A stretch of DNA of 64,000 nt, taken from positions 32,001 to 96,000 of IMG/VR virus record IMGVR_UViG_3300036715_001290. One strand, written 5' to 3'. Of this stretch, positions 28,927 to 40,234 are shown piece by piece. Position 1 is the stretch's first letter, and the number at the start of each line of letters is the position of its first letter. The notes beneath the pieces are model-generated. The model worked only from the letters and a program-made list of their open reading frames with translations. It searched no databases and was not told the origin of the DNA. The position numbers and the translations under genes are program-made. The DNA comes from a virus.

Positions 28927-31203
28927 ATGGCCGCAACTACAGATCCACAAGAAATTAATGAGTTTGAAAAAAGCATAGGTGGGTTTACTGATACTTTAGT
29001 TAACTTAATGTCTGAACTTCATGATTCTTTTAATGAGGATACGTTTGAAGAGTTAGTTGAAACACAAAAAGAATTAGCTAATATGTTAAAAGAAGCAGGA
29101 CCTGCATTACATAGCCCAGGTGGTAAATCATCTAGTGCATTGGCAGTTGGTAGTATAGCAGAAATACAAATTGATATATTAAAAGCACAAAAAGAAATAG
29201 CAGATAAAATTGATTTATCAGGTATAGATAAATTCTTTGGTTTAATTGAAAAAATCCCAGGTGGTAAATTTTTACATAATCTTTTAGGATTAGATACTAT
29301 ATCAAATGATATAAAGAAAAATATAAGAGATGAATTTATAAATTCAATGAAAACTGTTAATGGTAAAGTACAAACCGATTTAGTTGGTGGTTTTAGCAAA
29401 GGTATATCAATAATAGGTTCAGGTATTAAAGGTGTTTTCAGTTCACTTATGTTAAATCCTTGGTTAATAGCTATAGGTGTATTAGGTGCCGCTTTTGTTT
29501 ATCTTGAAAAGAAACAAAGTGCTGCTAATGATTTCATGAAAACAACTGGACTTACATTAGGTAATATTAGTAGAACCCGTGGGGATGTTGAAGACTTAAC
29601 TATTAAATATGCAAAAATGGGTGTAAGTGGCGATGAAATATATGCATCAGCCGAAGGTTTATATAATGCATTTGGTAATATAAATTCGGCATCTAAAGAT
29701 ATGTTAGAATCTATGTTAACAATGAATGTACAATGGGGAATAACAACATCGGCAGCATCTTCATTTGCATCATCAATAAAATCATTTGGTAATATAGATG
29801 ATAAAAAAATTGGTGCATTAGGTCGTTCAATGGCAAAAGGTGTTGAGCTTATGGGTATGTCACCTGATGCCGTATTTAAGGATATGGAACAACATTCAGA
29901 AGCAATTGAAAAATATTTTTATAAATTTGGAACATCGGCAACAAAAGCAATGTTAGATATTTATAAAATGGGTGTTGGAATGGGACAAATGGAAAAATCT
30001 ATTAGTCATGTTCTAGATTTTGAACAATCAATTTCAGATGAAATGGAAGCATCGGCAATATTAAATCGTAATATTGATTTAGGTGCTGCACGTAGAGCCG
30101 CATTTGAAGGTGATACTGTAACCGCAATGAAAGAGATAACAAATCAATTAGGTAACCAATCCGATTTTAATAAATTAAACATATATCAAAGAGAAGCTTT
30201 AGCTAAAGCAACTGGAATGAGTGTTAAAGATATTAATGAAATGTACAAAAAACAGGATGCTATGAATAAAATGGATTCTGTTAAACGTGCACAATTGGAA
30301 GCTATTAATAAACAATTGGAAAATGCTAATAATTTAACAGGTGAAGAAGAATTAACCAATAAAAGAAATGAATTATCATTGGCATCATTAAAACATACAA
30401 TGGAAGGTTTATTAACTGTTATTGCTCAATTAATTGCACCTATAGCGGCTGGATTAGAATGGGTTATGAATGCATTCGATAGTATTACTGGTAGTGTTGG
30501 CGGTGCAACATCAATGTTAGGTGGTTTTGTTAGATCACTTAGTATACTTGGTGTTATAGCAGCTGCAACATTTGCAACTGTTTGGTTATATAGAAAAGCA
30601 GGTGGTGTATTTGGAATGTTATTTCCTAAAGGCTCTATAGAAGCACCTTTAGTTGAAACTGAAAGGGCAGTATCAGCTACACTCCCAGGTATAGGTAGAG
30701 CGATCGCAGGTTTTCTATCAGCATTAGCTAATCCTGAAATATGGTTAGGTATTGCTGCATTAGGTGCTATAATGGGAATATTAGTATTATCTGTTATTGG
30801 TTTAGCATATGCATTAAATTTAGCAGCACCTGGGTTTATAGCAATTGGTACTGCAATTCAATTATCATTAATTGGTTTGGGTGCATTCTTTGCGGAAATT
30901 ACAATTGAAAGAGCAGCTGCTCTTTGGGTTATGGTTCCTGCATTGTATGCATTAGCTGGTGCATTAGCTGCCGTTGGTGTTGCTAGCTTATTAATACCTA
31001 AAGATCTTATATCAAAAATATCAGTTAATCATGAAGTATCAAATAAACAAACTGAAACAAAAACCGAAGATTCTTTAGATACTAAAATTGGAAAGATATT
31101 AGATGAAAAATTTGATAAATTTCTAAATGCTTTAAATTCAATGGCGGTTAATATGGATGGACAAAAAGTCGGTCGTGTTATTGCCGCAGGTATTAAAAAA
31201 TAA
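28927..31203 (+). CDS. Tape measure protein
   Basis: Helical and Ala/Gly-rich; LDFEQSI..EMEAS..L.R.I.L..AR and QREALAKA.GM motifs; hydrophobic segments; ends V.MDG.KVG. Confidence 0.85.
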   Translation: MAATTDPQEINEFEKSIGGFTDTLVNLMSELHDSFNEDTFEELVETQKELANMLKEAGPALHSPGGKSSSALAVGSIAEIQIDILKAQKEIADKIDLSGIDKFFGLIEKIPGGKFLHNLLGLDTISNDIKKNIRDEFINSMKTVNGKVQTDLVGGFSKGISIIGSGIKGVFSSLMLNPWLIAIGVLGAAFVYLEKKQSAANDFMKTTGLTLGNISRTRGDVEDLTIKYAKMGVSGDEIYASAEGLYNAFGNINSASKDMLESMLTMNVQWGITTSAASSFASSIKSFGNIDDKKIGALGRSMAKGVELMGMSPDAVFKDMEQHSEAIEKYFYKFGTSATKAMLDIYKMGVGMGQMEKSISHVLDFEQSISDEMEASAILNRNIDLGAARRAAFEGDTVTAMKEITNQLGNQSDFNKLNIYQREALAKATGMSVKDINEMYKKQDAMNKMDSVKRAQLEAINKQLENANNLTGEEELTNKRNELSLASLKHTMEGLLTVIAQLIAPIAAGLEWVMNAFDSITGSVGGATSMLGGFVRSLSILGVIAAATFATVWLYRKAGGVFGMLFPKGSIEAPLVETERAVSATLPGIGRAIAGFLSALANPEIWLGIAALGAIMGILVLSVIGLAYALNLAAPGFIAIGTAIQLSLIGLGAFFAEITIERAAALWVMVPALYALAGALAAVGVASLLIPKDLISKISVNHEVSNKQTETKTEDSLDTKIGKILDEKFDKFLNALNSMAVNMDGQKVGRVIAAGIKK

Positions 31204-31210
31204 GGTATAA

Positions 31211-32707
31211 ATGAATACAGAATTAGGATATAAAAAAGTTACATTTAACTTAGGTAATAATGTTTCAAATTTATTATATAAACCTTATGTTATAACAAAT
31301 GTTGGTGTAACTAAACAAGGTTTTCAAATTTATCATGGTAGTGATTTATCAATTGATAAAGAAGTTAATAAAACTGCAGTTGATAAAGCTATGAAAATAT
31401 TATCAGGTGTTAGTTCAGCAACAGGAGCAGCATTATCATTATTAAATAGTAAATTCATATCAGGATTTATTCCTAATGGAGTATTATCAAATGGTGCATC
31501 ATTCTTAGGTGCATTAAATACAGCTACAAGTGTTGGTGGTGTTGCACTACGTGCAGGTAATAACCTAAAGAATATGAATTTAAGTAAAATGAATATTAGT
31601 AACGCTGCACAAAAATTGAATACTGCATTTGGTGCTATAGGTGGAGCTGTTACAAAAATTGGCGGATTATTAGGATATAATTTTAATCCACAATCATTTA
31701 GTTCATTACCAAGTAGTTTAGATGGTAGACCATCAGATGGATGGATAATATCTAATAACACTCCAGTATACATTTATTTGAAAGATAATAAAATATTATT
31801 TGCATCATCAGGTGGTGATACTGATAAAATGCCAAGTGATTTTTCACAGTTATTGTATACACCAAATAACACAATATATTACTATCCTATTGAATTAGCA
31901 TCATCAACAACATATGAAACTGATATTAATAATTATATTAATACGTTTTATGAATTGGCATATAGGAACAAATATAATCCATATCCTATAGCATCAACAT
32001 CAAGTATAGACCAAAATTCAGATTCAACTTCTTATGATGGAAATGCTCATGATATTTATGTAAAAATACAACGTATAGGTGACACAACAAAAGGTTCTGA
32101 ATATTTAATAAAAGGTTCAGTTACTAGTTTAGGTGATTCATCATCTGGACATTGGTCAGAACGAAAATATTTAGGAAGACCATTAGCTGCACAACGATTT
32201 ACAGGTTATTCAAGGGGTGTTAGTTTTGAATTAAAGTTATTTGCTGAAAATCATAGACATTTGGATAGAATAATAGAATTATTAAATATGTTACATTCAT
32301 TACATATGCCTACATCAATTAAATCAAATATAGGATTAGGATCACCATTTTTTAGATTTAGTTTAGGTGATATGTTTAATACTAACAACATATACAAATT
32401 AGATACATTAGATGTTAAAGTACCTGATAGTGCAATGTGGGATGTATTAAAAGATAGACAATATCCTTTAGTATATGAAGTACATATGTCATTAGGTTTA
32501 GTATTTGATTTTGATTATACAACAAATGTTAAATTTATGGATACTTATAAAAAATTAGCACCATTAACATATGATTATATATCAGAAACCCAAGACAAAA
32601 CTGATAATTCAGAAAGTCAAAATGATAATTCTGATATTGATGTTATAAATCAAAAAGCACAAGATAGTGAAGATGCACAATCATATTTACCTTCAAAAAT
32701 GAGATAA
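31211..32707 (+). CDS. Baseplate / tail-tube initiator-like protein
   Basis: D.SS..W....YLGRP....F.GYSR.VSF.L and P..R..LGD motifs; synteny after the tape measure gene. Confidence 0.6.
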   Translation: MNTELGYKKVTFNLGNNVSNLLYKPYVITNVGVTKQGFQIYHGSDLSIDKEVNKTAVDKAMKILSGVSSATGAALSLLNSKFISGFIPNGVLSNGASFLGALNTATSVGGVALRAGNNLKNMNLSKMNISNAAQKLNTAFGAIGGAVTKIGGLLGYNFNPQSFSSLPSSLDGRPSDGWIISNNTPVYIYLKDNKILFASSGGDTDKMPSDFSQLLYTPNNTIYYYPIELASSTTYETDINNYINTFYELAYRNKYNPYPIASTSSIDQNSDSTSYDGNAHDIYVKIQRIGDTTKGSEYLIKGSVTSLGDSSSGHWSERKYLGRPLAAQRFTGYSRGVSFELKLFAENHRHLDRIIELLNMLHSLHMPTSIKSNIGLGSPFFRFSLGDMFNTNNIYKLDTLDVKVPDSAMWDVLKDRQYPLVYEVHMSLGLVFDFDYTTNVKFMDTYKKLAPLTYDYISETQDKTDNSESQNDNSDIDVINQKAQDSEDAQSYLPSKMR

Positions 32708-32708
32708 G

Positions 32709-32999
32709 ATGAAAACATACAATAATATTAACATAATAAAGGATTCAAATAATAATTCATATTATGATGAACCTTTAATTCCAACAATACCAACAAATAG
32801 TGATGATATATTTTATAAATCTATCCCAGGTGATAGATTAGATATTTTATCAAAAAAATTTTATAATGATATGACATTATATATGATTATAGGTAGAGCT
32901 AATAATATTGTTGGAACTATATTTGTTGAAGTAGGAACTATATTAAGAATACCATCATTAAATTCAGTCAATTTATATTTACAAAATTTTAAGAAATAA
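32709..32999 (+). CDS. LysM-like baseplate wedge protein (gp53 / P2 gpX-like)
   Basis: GDRLD.LS.KFY.D..LY.II..AN......G..LRIP. Confidence 0.8.
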   Translation: MKTYNNINIIKDSNNNSYYDEPLIPTIPTNSDDIFYKSIPGDRLDILSKKFYNDMTLYMIIGRANNIVGTIFVEVGTILRIPSLNSVNLYLQNFKK

Positions 33000-33002
33000 A
33001 TA

Positions 33003-35882
33003 ATGAAACAACCAACATTTCCATACATATCAGGTATAGATTCTAATATTAGAAAAAGAATAAAGCAAATAATGATAGCTGATGTTCCAGATCTTAAACA
33101 TTGGTATCGTGTTACAAGTGGTATGTATAATAAAAATGGTCATAAACATTATCAATTAGCTCCATTATTAAATGATGATATAGCAAAAAATACACCAACT
33201 TCTTTTGCAAGTCAATATGATGCATTACAAGGTTTTGCTCCAATACCTGCATTGTTAAAAGTTACATCAAAATATATTGGTAAGTATGGTGGTTTAAGAG
33301 AAGTTAAATTAGATTGGATATGTTATACTAAATTACAATTTGATGAGTATATGACACCATTTGCAACACCTGGGCATATGCTATATGTAGATTGGGGTGA
33401 TGGTCCAGAATCATTATCAGTTAATCCACGTAATGTAGTAAAAGAAGCATTATCAAATCCAATAGATTTTCAATCAAAATTTTCAACGGTATGGGAAACT
33501 ATTAAAAAATATTCAACAACCTACAATCAAAAATATGATGGTTGTTTAGCTATAGTTACAAAATTTGAATGGTCATTACAAAGTGATATGTCATATTTAA
33601 TATCAGTTACAACAAAAACTATCGGTTCTTTAATGTCAGGTATTAGTGTATCAAATCAAAAAACATCGGATGTACCGAAAGAAGTAACTGGAATACGCGA
33701 TTTCTTTAAATCAATAAATGGTGATAGAGAAAAAGGATTAGAAAGTTTTTGTAATGACAATTATAAAAATAATGATAATATAAACGGCACTAATTTCAAA
33801 TTTGGAACACCATCAACTTCAACTACACCTGGGGGTGGTAATGTACAATCCAAAACAACAACAACACAAAATACTGATTTATGGATATGGGCTGGTAATG
33901 ATATTTTTATAAGTGAATTTTTATTAGAGTTAATTGTAAATAGGTATACGGCAGAATATAGAGGTGTATTATACTTAAATTCAACAACATCTAAATTGAG
34001 AAATTCTAAGTACTTATTATCGAGTGATTTATCAAAAGTATTAATACCAAATATTTGTATTACAAAAGAATTGGAAACATCCGATAGTAGAGTAACAAAT
34101 TATTCATATGTTAGAGAATTTACAAAAGATCCATTAGAAAATAATCCTGATTTGAAAAAATCATTATTAGGTGAACTAGGTGAAAATGCAGGTGATAATT
34201 CATATTCAGCAACAGATTCTGATAACGATCGTCTAAAGGCTATTAATAAGGATATGGCCGATTATGTTGCAAAAAATAATATAGCAACTGCAGGTTATGT
34301 TTCAAATTTTTATATTAACATGAATTTGGTTGTTAATGCATTTGATAATAAAGATAGTATTAATGATGCAATGACTGATATATTAAATAATATTAACAGT
34401 TGTTCTGGTAATATGTGGAATTTAGTTTATGTAAGTGATGAAGGTACATCAACTGCGCATATTATTGACTCAAATTTCTTTGATGTTGAAAATTTTAATA
34501 ACACAATATCAAATTTATATTTCTTTGACCCATATAATCCAAAATCAATAATACGTGAAATTTCATTAAGAGGTGATATTAATGATAGTATTGCATTAAC
34601 TAATTTTTATGGTGCTTTGGATGGGTCAGTTACTGTAAATTCACAATTCAGTCCAGCATTCAAATCATTATGGAATAATGAAGAATATGTTGATGAATTT
34701 ATGAAACAAATAAAAATAGATAAACCTAAAGATGCAAGTGTAAAACAACAAGATACAAATGATAAATCATGTCTTATAAATACATCAGAAAACTCATCAA
34801 TTGAAATTGGATTAAAATTAGCATTCTTACCAAGAATGTTATTAGAGAATGGTTCTATTAGTTTAATACCTGAAAAACAATTAAAATTAATTGCAGGTTG
34901 TGAAGTAAGTGGAATGAGAAGAATAATTAATTTTTATCAAGGTGGCGAAGCAGGTAATAATTCATTTTTAACACCTATTGAAATAGATGTTAAATTAGAA
35001 GGTATATCAGGATTTCAAATTGGTAATATATTTAGTACAACTGTATTACCAAATACTTATATTAAACGTGGCTATTTTCAAGTAACTGGAATTGATGATG
35101 ATGTTGATGAAAATGGTTGGGAGACAACATTAAAAGGTAGATATAGAATTGTTGGTGATAAATTTACAATACCTCCTCCACCAAAAGTAAATAATACATA
35201 TTCAAGTTCAACTACCAGTGATAGTTCAAATGATAAAATTGGAGCGTTACAAAATATAACACAAGCCGATATTGATGTTAGTCATGTTGATGAACTTAAA
35301 AAGGCATTGCTAAAAAATAATAAAGAAACCGCATTTGTTAAGACATATTATAAATATGCAAAAGATCTACAATCAAATTATAATATACCTATAGCATCAA
35401 TTTTAGCTATAGCTGCATATGAAAGTGCTTGGGGTGATTCATCATTAATGAAGAAATATAATAATATTGGTGGAATGCGTGCATCAAACAATACAACAAA
35501 AGGTAAAGTGTGGTTCGCCGCAACTAGACATAAGAATACACGGGATAATGCACCTGCGAGTGAATATAATGCAAGTTGGTGGCAAGTTAATAAAAATATA
35601 AAGGATGCCTTTAGTACAGTATACTCAACATTAAATAGTAGATTCAAAGATAATCCATTAGGTTTAGGTAATGATAAAATAGAATTGGCTAAAAAAGATC
35701 CTGTATATTTTTTAGATAATTTTATATTTCCAGATCCTGATTCACCAAAATTAAATAAGAGTAAACCATTATATGCTAAGATAAGTAGAAAATTAAATGG
35801 TAAAACATTTACAACTACACCATATTCTGATGTAGCTAAATCAATTTCAAAAATTATGAAAGATAATGGTTTGAGTGCATGA
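33003..35882 (+). CDS. Baseplate hub protein with a C-terminal GH73 glucosaminidase-like peptidoglycan hydrolase
   Basis: Hub-type L.GISG..IGN.F....LP...F.VT.I...V...GW.T; C-terminal IP...ILAIAAYESAWG.S.L....NNIGGM. Confidence 0.7.
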   Translation: MKQPTFPYISGIDSNIRKRIKQIMIADVPDLKHWYRVTSGMYNKNGHKHYQLAPLLNDDIAKNTPTSFASQYDALQGFAPIPALLKVTSKYIGKYGGLREVKLDWICYTKLQFDEYMTPFATPGHMLYVDWGDGPESLSVNPRNVVKEALSNPIDFQSKFSTVWETIKKYSTTYNQKYDGCLAIVTKFEWSLQSDMSYLISVTTKTIGSLMSGISVSNQKTSDVPKEVTGIRDFFKSINGDREKGLESFCNDNYKNNDNINGTNFKFGTPSTSTTPGGGNVQSKTTTTQNTDLWIWAGNDIFISEFLLELIVNRYTAEYRGVLYLNSTTSKLRNSKYLLSSDLSKVLIPNICITKELETSDSRVTNYSYVREFTKDPLENNPDLKKSLLGELGENAGDNSYSATDSDNDRLKAINKDMADYVAKNNIATAGYVSNFYINMNLVVNAFDNKDSINDAMTDILNNINSCSGNMWNLVYVSDEGTSTAHIIDSNFFDVENFNNTISNLYFFDPYNPKSIIREISLRGDINDSIALTNFYGALDGSVTVNSQFSPAFKSLWNNEEYVDEFMKQIKIDKPKDASVKQQDTNDKSCLINTSENSSIEIGLKLAFLPRMLLENGSISLIPEKQLKLIAGCEVSGMRRIINFYQGGEAGNNSFLTPIEIDVKLEGISGFQIGNIFSTTVLPNTYIKRGYFQVTGIDDDVDENGWETTLKGRYRIVGDKFTIPPPPKVNNTYSSSTTSDSSNDKIGALQNITQADIDVSHVDELKKALLKNNKETAFVKTYYKYAKDLQSNYNIPIASILAIAAYESAWGDSSLMKKYNNIGGMRASNNTTKGKVWFAATRHKNTRDNAPASEYNASWWQVNKNIKDAFSTVYSTLNSRFKDNPLGLGNDKIELAKKDPVYFLDNFIFPDPDSPKLNKSKPLYAKISRKLNGKTFTTTPYSDVAKSISKIMKDNGLSA

Positions 35883-36196
35883 AAGATCTAAATATAATTA
35901 CACTAACAAATGTACATCCTAATCCAACATCAGTTGATTATGATAATGGTTTTATGTATAGATATTTTTCAAAGTTAAATACTAAGACAAATAATTTAAT
36001 ATATGAGATAGATGAAAAGCAATATAAATCAGTATCAAATATTCCATATTATTATACTATAAAAGTAGTATGGTTAATAGTTGGATTAGTTGAATATGTT
36101 GCAACTAAGAATAATGATACTTTATTATATTATGATAATGAAATGCCCGGGTTGTATAAAAAATATGTAAAAACAGTTGTTGAATTTTTGAAATAA
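35879..36196 (+). CDS. Hypothetical baseplate-region protein
   Basis: P.PT..DY..G...RYF...EI; coupled to the hub gene. Confidence 0.55.
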   Translation: MKDLNIITLTNVHPNPTSVDYDNGFMYRYFSKLNTKTNNLIYEIDEKQYKSVSNIPYYYTIKVVWLIVGLVEYVATKNNDTLLYYDNEMPGLYKKYVKTVVEFLK

Positions 36197-36235
36197 CCTT
36201 TATATTTATTTTCAAAGGTTATATATTAAGCGGTT

Positions 36236-37567
36236 ATGATACTAAACACAATTGTCACAAATCACAATTTTACGGAAAAGTTAGAACAAATTAAAAACTC
36301 AAATCTTATATTTGTTCCAGTCTATAATAATGAACAATCTATTAGATATCTATGTAGACCAAATGTTATATTTATTTATATTATAGCTAATGGTGAAACA
36401 TTAACATTTCCATTTAACCATTCCGATTTAGATTCATTAGATTTATCAAACTTAGTTGTCTTAATAAAAGCACTAGAACAATCTACAAAAAATATAATAA
36501 CTATCAATAAAAAAGATCATGTAAAATGTTTGAATTTTACTAATTGTATTGATGTTAATATATTTGAATGGTCTTATGGTTTAGAGATAACTAATAATAA
36601 GAATCATTATACAAGTGCACATAATTATTTTAAGAATAATAATAAGCCATTTTTTGATTTTTCATTTTATGTACCTATAATTAAATTATATGAATACTAT
36701 ACATCAATACGAGATTATATTTTAGATTTTATAAAAAATCATAAACTTTATTTATCGGATAAAACATTCAAATTTATAAATGAAGAAATAAATGTTTTTA
36801 GTAAATTAGAATCTAATGGTTTATTTATTGACTATGATAAGTATAATAGAAAAGATACTTTATATGATAATCGTATATTTCCTGATTATTATTTATTTAA
36901 TAAATCATTTAGACCATCACCATCAAGTGGTTATGTTAATATGTCATCAATGAAAAAAGAATCAAATATCAGAGAATCTATAATTAGTAGATTTGAAGGT
37001 GGTAGATTAATTGAATTTGATTATAAAGCAGCCCATTTGTATTATTTAGGTAATGTAGTTGATTATGAATTTAAAGAGTACCCTTATCTTGAAGTTGCTA
37101 GAGATGTATTAAATACGAATGACGTATCGGCGGATGATATTGCAAAAATAAAAAAATTAACACAAACCGTATTATATGGTGATATAAAATTAGATTTACC
37201 ATTTTTCAATAAAGTTAATGAATTAAAAGCAGAATTAGTTGAAAGTAATGAAAGTAGTAAATTTATAGAATTACCAAAATCAGGTGTTAGAATATTTAAT
37301 GTAGATTCACGAAAAGTAATGTCATATTTTGTACATGGTATTGAAACCGAAACTAATACATATACAATGTCAAAAATACAATCATTTTTAGAAAAAAAAT
37401 CATATAAATCTAAGTTAATATTTTATATGTATGATTCATTTTTATTTGATATTCATCCTGATGAAAAAGATGTTATAAACGATTTAGAACGATTGATAAA
37501 TGGTAGAAGTATGCAAACTCATATTTCTGGCGGGTTAAATTGGTCAAAGCTAAGAAAAATAAAATAA
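36236..37567 (+). CDS. Divergent family A DNA polymerase-like protein
   Basis: IRE.I......LIEFDY.A.H (motif A), KK.....LYG (motif B), YMYDSFLFD (motif C). Confidence 0.7.
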   Translation: MILNTIVTNHNFTEKLEQIKNSNLIFVPVYNNEQSIRYLCRPNVIFIYIIANGETLTFPFNHSDLDSLDLSNLVVLIKALEQSTKNIITINKKDHVKCLNFTNCIDVNIFEWSYGLEITNNKNHYTSAHNYFKNNNKPFFDFSFYVPIIKLYEYYTSIRDYILDFIKNHKLYLSDKTFKFINEEINVFSKLESNGLFIDYDKYNRKDTLYDNRIFPDYYLFNKSFRPSPSSGYVNMSSMKKESNIRESIISRFEGGRLIEFDYKAAHLYYLGNVVDYEFKEYPYLEVARDVLNTNDVSADDIAKIKKLTQTVLYGDIKLDLPFFNKVNELKAELVESNESSKFIELPKSGVRIFNVDSRKVMSYFVHGIETETNTYTMSKIQSFLEKKSYKSKLIFYMYDSFLFDIHPDEKDVINDLERLINGRSMQTHISGGLNWSKLRKIK

Positions 37568-37606
37568 TGATATATTTATTTACATATAACATAATAAGGT
37601 TTACAA

Positions 37607-39808
37607 TTGAGTACATTAGATAAAATAAAACAAGCCGTATATGATTTTCTAAATGAATCTGACTACACCGATCTTCTTAATACAAGAATACGAAACCAAG
37701 AGACTGGTAGGGATATTAAAGTTAAGAGTGCATTAGGTTATGATCCTTCTCATCCTGTACATCAAGTAGCTGTAAATTTAATTAAAAAACGACAACCTAA
37801 ACAAGCAGCAAAAATTATAAATAAAGTTAAGTCAGATAATAAATCGGACAAAAACACTAATAAAACGGCCGATAATAAACCAACTGGTATTTCACATAAT
37901 TCACCACAAAAATCAAATTCATATAGCGATATTAAAATTGATGATGCAGGTAAGAAGCAAATATCTAATGCATTATCATTAGCTAAAAAGAATTTACAAA
38001 AATATTCTGATAAACCCGAAGTAAGAAATCAAATTAAAAGTTTTATAGAAGATTTTACTAAATGGTCAGAAAAACCTACAGCTGCAAATGCAAAGACTTT
38101 AGAAAAATATCAATTAACAAAAAGTAGGGATGCCGAAGCCGGTGAAAAATCTAAAATATATATAGGTTCTATTAAAGATAGGCAAGGTCGTAAAATATTT
38201 GGTGATAGTAATACCGCAACCGCAATTGCTGATATGTTTACACAAGCAGGTATTTTATCTAAAAATGCAAGAATTGAAAAAAAGCAATTAACACCAAATA
38301 AAGTATTTCCTAATTCCGTTAAACCTAAAGTAACTATATCTGAAAAACACGTTATGATAGGTAATACTAAAATAGCCAAACCACCTGTACATTCTAAAAA
38401 AGAATGGGAAGATTGGTATAGTACTAAAAAGAATAAAGATGGTAAAACATTTACAAAAGATGAAGTTAAAAGAAAAACTGAAGCTCGTTTAATTAAACAA
38501 AAACTTGATGAAGAACGATATAATAATTTTTTAGAAAATGTAAAAGATCCCGAGTTTAAGATTCTTGATGTAGGTGATGCATCAACTGATAAAGGTAGAC
38601 ATGAAGTTAAACAAAAAACATTAAATAGTCTTACATCTATAATAAATAATATATCTAAGAATGGTGACTTAACACCTGAGACTAAAAAACTAGTAAATCA
38701 AATTGATTCTATTAAAAAATTAAAACCAACTGATGTTGAAGAATTTAATAATCAAATGAACTCTTTGATTTTTAATATTGGAAATAATCCTCAAACTACA
38801 AAGTCAGTTGCTGATTTTGTTGAAATAGCTAGTTTTTTAAGACATATTAATATGGGTCATAATGTAATATTACCAGCATCATCTAATTTCAAATTAGCCG
38901 ATATGATTATTATTAATGATGGTAAGAAAAAAGGACCTACTCCATTAACAGTTGATTATATTAATGAAAAAGATAGTGATGGTTCATTAATTAGTAGCAC
39001 AAGTATTAAATATGGAGTTGGTGGTGCATCTGCTTCTAAATCTAAAATAGAATACTCAATATTCAAAAATGTTGGAAGTAATAATACACAATCGGATTTA
39101 TTAAAAATAAATGACCAATTTGTTAATTTATTTAATAAAGGTGAATATAAAGAATCTGATGCTTTAATTAAAAAACTATCAAATGATTATTCTGATATAT
39201 TAAAAAAGGATCCTGAATATAATAAAAGATTAAAGGATAATGACGGTTGGATAAAAAGAAATAATATTCCACCAAAATTAGTTGATGCATATAAACGATA
39301 TTTGATATTAGGATATATGATGCAATCAATTCATAATGAATTATTACAGGGACAATGTTTCAATAATGAAAAATTTACAGCAAATAAAAGTGGTGTAACT
39401 GTACATACTACTGATGGTGAACAAACTGTTAGTTATATGAAATTTAATCCTTCATTAAAACTACCAAATGGATATCCAACAAACACATTTCCAAGTAATA
39501 TGGTGAATGCACCTAATAAAAATTATCTTAAAGAATCTTTAAAGAAATTGAAAAAGATTTTAGAATCTAAAAATATAAAAGAATTAAAGGTTGGTGAACA
39601 CTATACATTATCCGATGATTTTATAATGGCCTTACGAGATGAACATCCTGAAATGGCGGTTGGTGCAAATTATGGTTGGTTAGTTTCTATTGATGGTGAT
39701 GATATGGTTACAATGAATATACCTAATAAAGGTATAGTGCCAGACCCAGATATAAAAGTACCAACTAAATATATAATTTATAAGGATAAACCAAACACTT
39801 TAATGTGA
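37607..39808 (+). CDS. Large Lys-rich hypothetical protein, possible internal virion protein
   Basis: FLNE site at the N-terminus and YLKE/KILE sites near the C-terminus; I.N.ETGR.IKVKSAL.Y...HP motif. Confidence 0.5.
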   Translation: MSTLDKIKQAVYDFLNESDYTDLLNTRIRNQETGRDIKVKSALGYDPSHPVHQVAVNLIKKRQPKQAAKIINKVKSDNKSDKNTNKTADNKPTGISHNSPQKSNSYSDIKIDDAGKKQISNALSLAKKNLQKYSDKPEVRNQIKSFIEDFTKWSEKPTAANAKTLEKYQLTKSRDAEAGEKSKIYIGSIKDRQGRKIFGDSNTATAIADMFTQAGILSKNARIEKKQLTPNKVFPNSVKPKVTISEKHVMIGNTKIAKPPVHSKKEWEDWYSTKKNKDGKTFTKDEVKRKTEARLIKQKLDEERYNNFLENVKDPEFKILDVGDASTDKGRHEVKQKTLNSLTSIINNISKNGDLTPETKKLVNQIDSIKKLKPTDVEEFNNQMNSLIFNIGNNPQTTKSVADFVEIASFLRHINMGHNVILPASSNFKLADMIIINDGKKKGPTPLTVDYINEKDSDGSLISSTSIKYGVGGASASKSKIEYSIFKNVGSNNTQSDLLKINDQFVNLFNKGEYKESDALIKKLSNDYSDILKKDPEYNKRLKDNDGWIKRNNIPPKLVDAYKRYLILGYMMQSIHNELLQGQCFNNEKFTANKSGVTVHTTDGEQTVSYMKFNPSLKLPNGYPTNTFPSNMVNAPNKNYLKESLKKLKKILESKNIKELKVGEHYTLSDDFIMALRDEHPEMAVGANYGWLVSIDGDDMVTMNIPNKGIVPDPDIKVPTKYIIYKDKPNTLM

Positions 39809-39818
39809 AAAGTAAAAA

Positions 39819-40226
39819 ATGAACATGCAGAATACTTACAAAACAAATAATACTTTACTATGTACAATATCTAGTGAAGATCAATATGAAACAATCAATA
39901 ATATTAATAGATATTATAATATTAGTAACAAGCGTATATTTATATTAACAATTGAAAAGAATGATGTTGAGTTTGTCTATACATATAATATAGATGGTGA
40001 AATTCAACATAACACTCATTTAGAAAATACATTTATGATTCATCGTAAAAAAGAATTTAATACTTTATTTACAATAAATGCTATAAATTTATTAGCAAAA
40101 GAAAAAGGTGTAGATTCTAAGGATTTCAAATTAGATTGGCAAAATTATAAAGATAGTTTAATAATATCAAAAGGTAATGTAATTATTTGTCTTAGAACAA
40201 AATTACATGACATTATAACATTATAG
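39819..40226 (+). CDS. Hypothetical protein
   Basis: LLCT, TYNI, HRKKE.NTL.TINA.N and W..Y motifs; intact ORF. Confidence 0.6.
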   Translation: MNMQNTYKTNNTLLCTISSEDQYETINNINRYYNISNKRIFILTIEKNDVEFVYTYNIDGEIQHNTHLENTFMIHRKKEFNTLFTINAINLLAKEKGVDSKDFKLDWQNYKDSLIISKGNVIICLRTKLHDIITL

Positions 40227-40234
40227 GAGATTAT

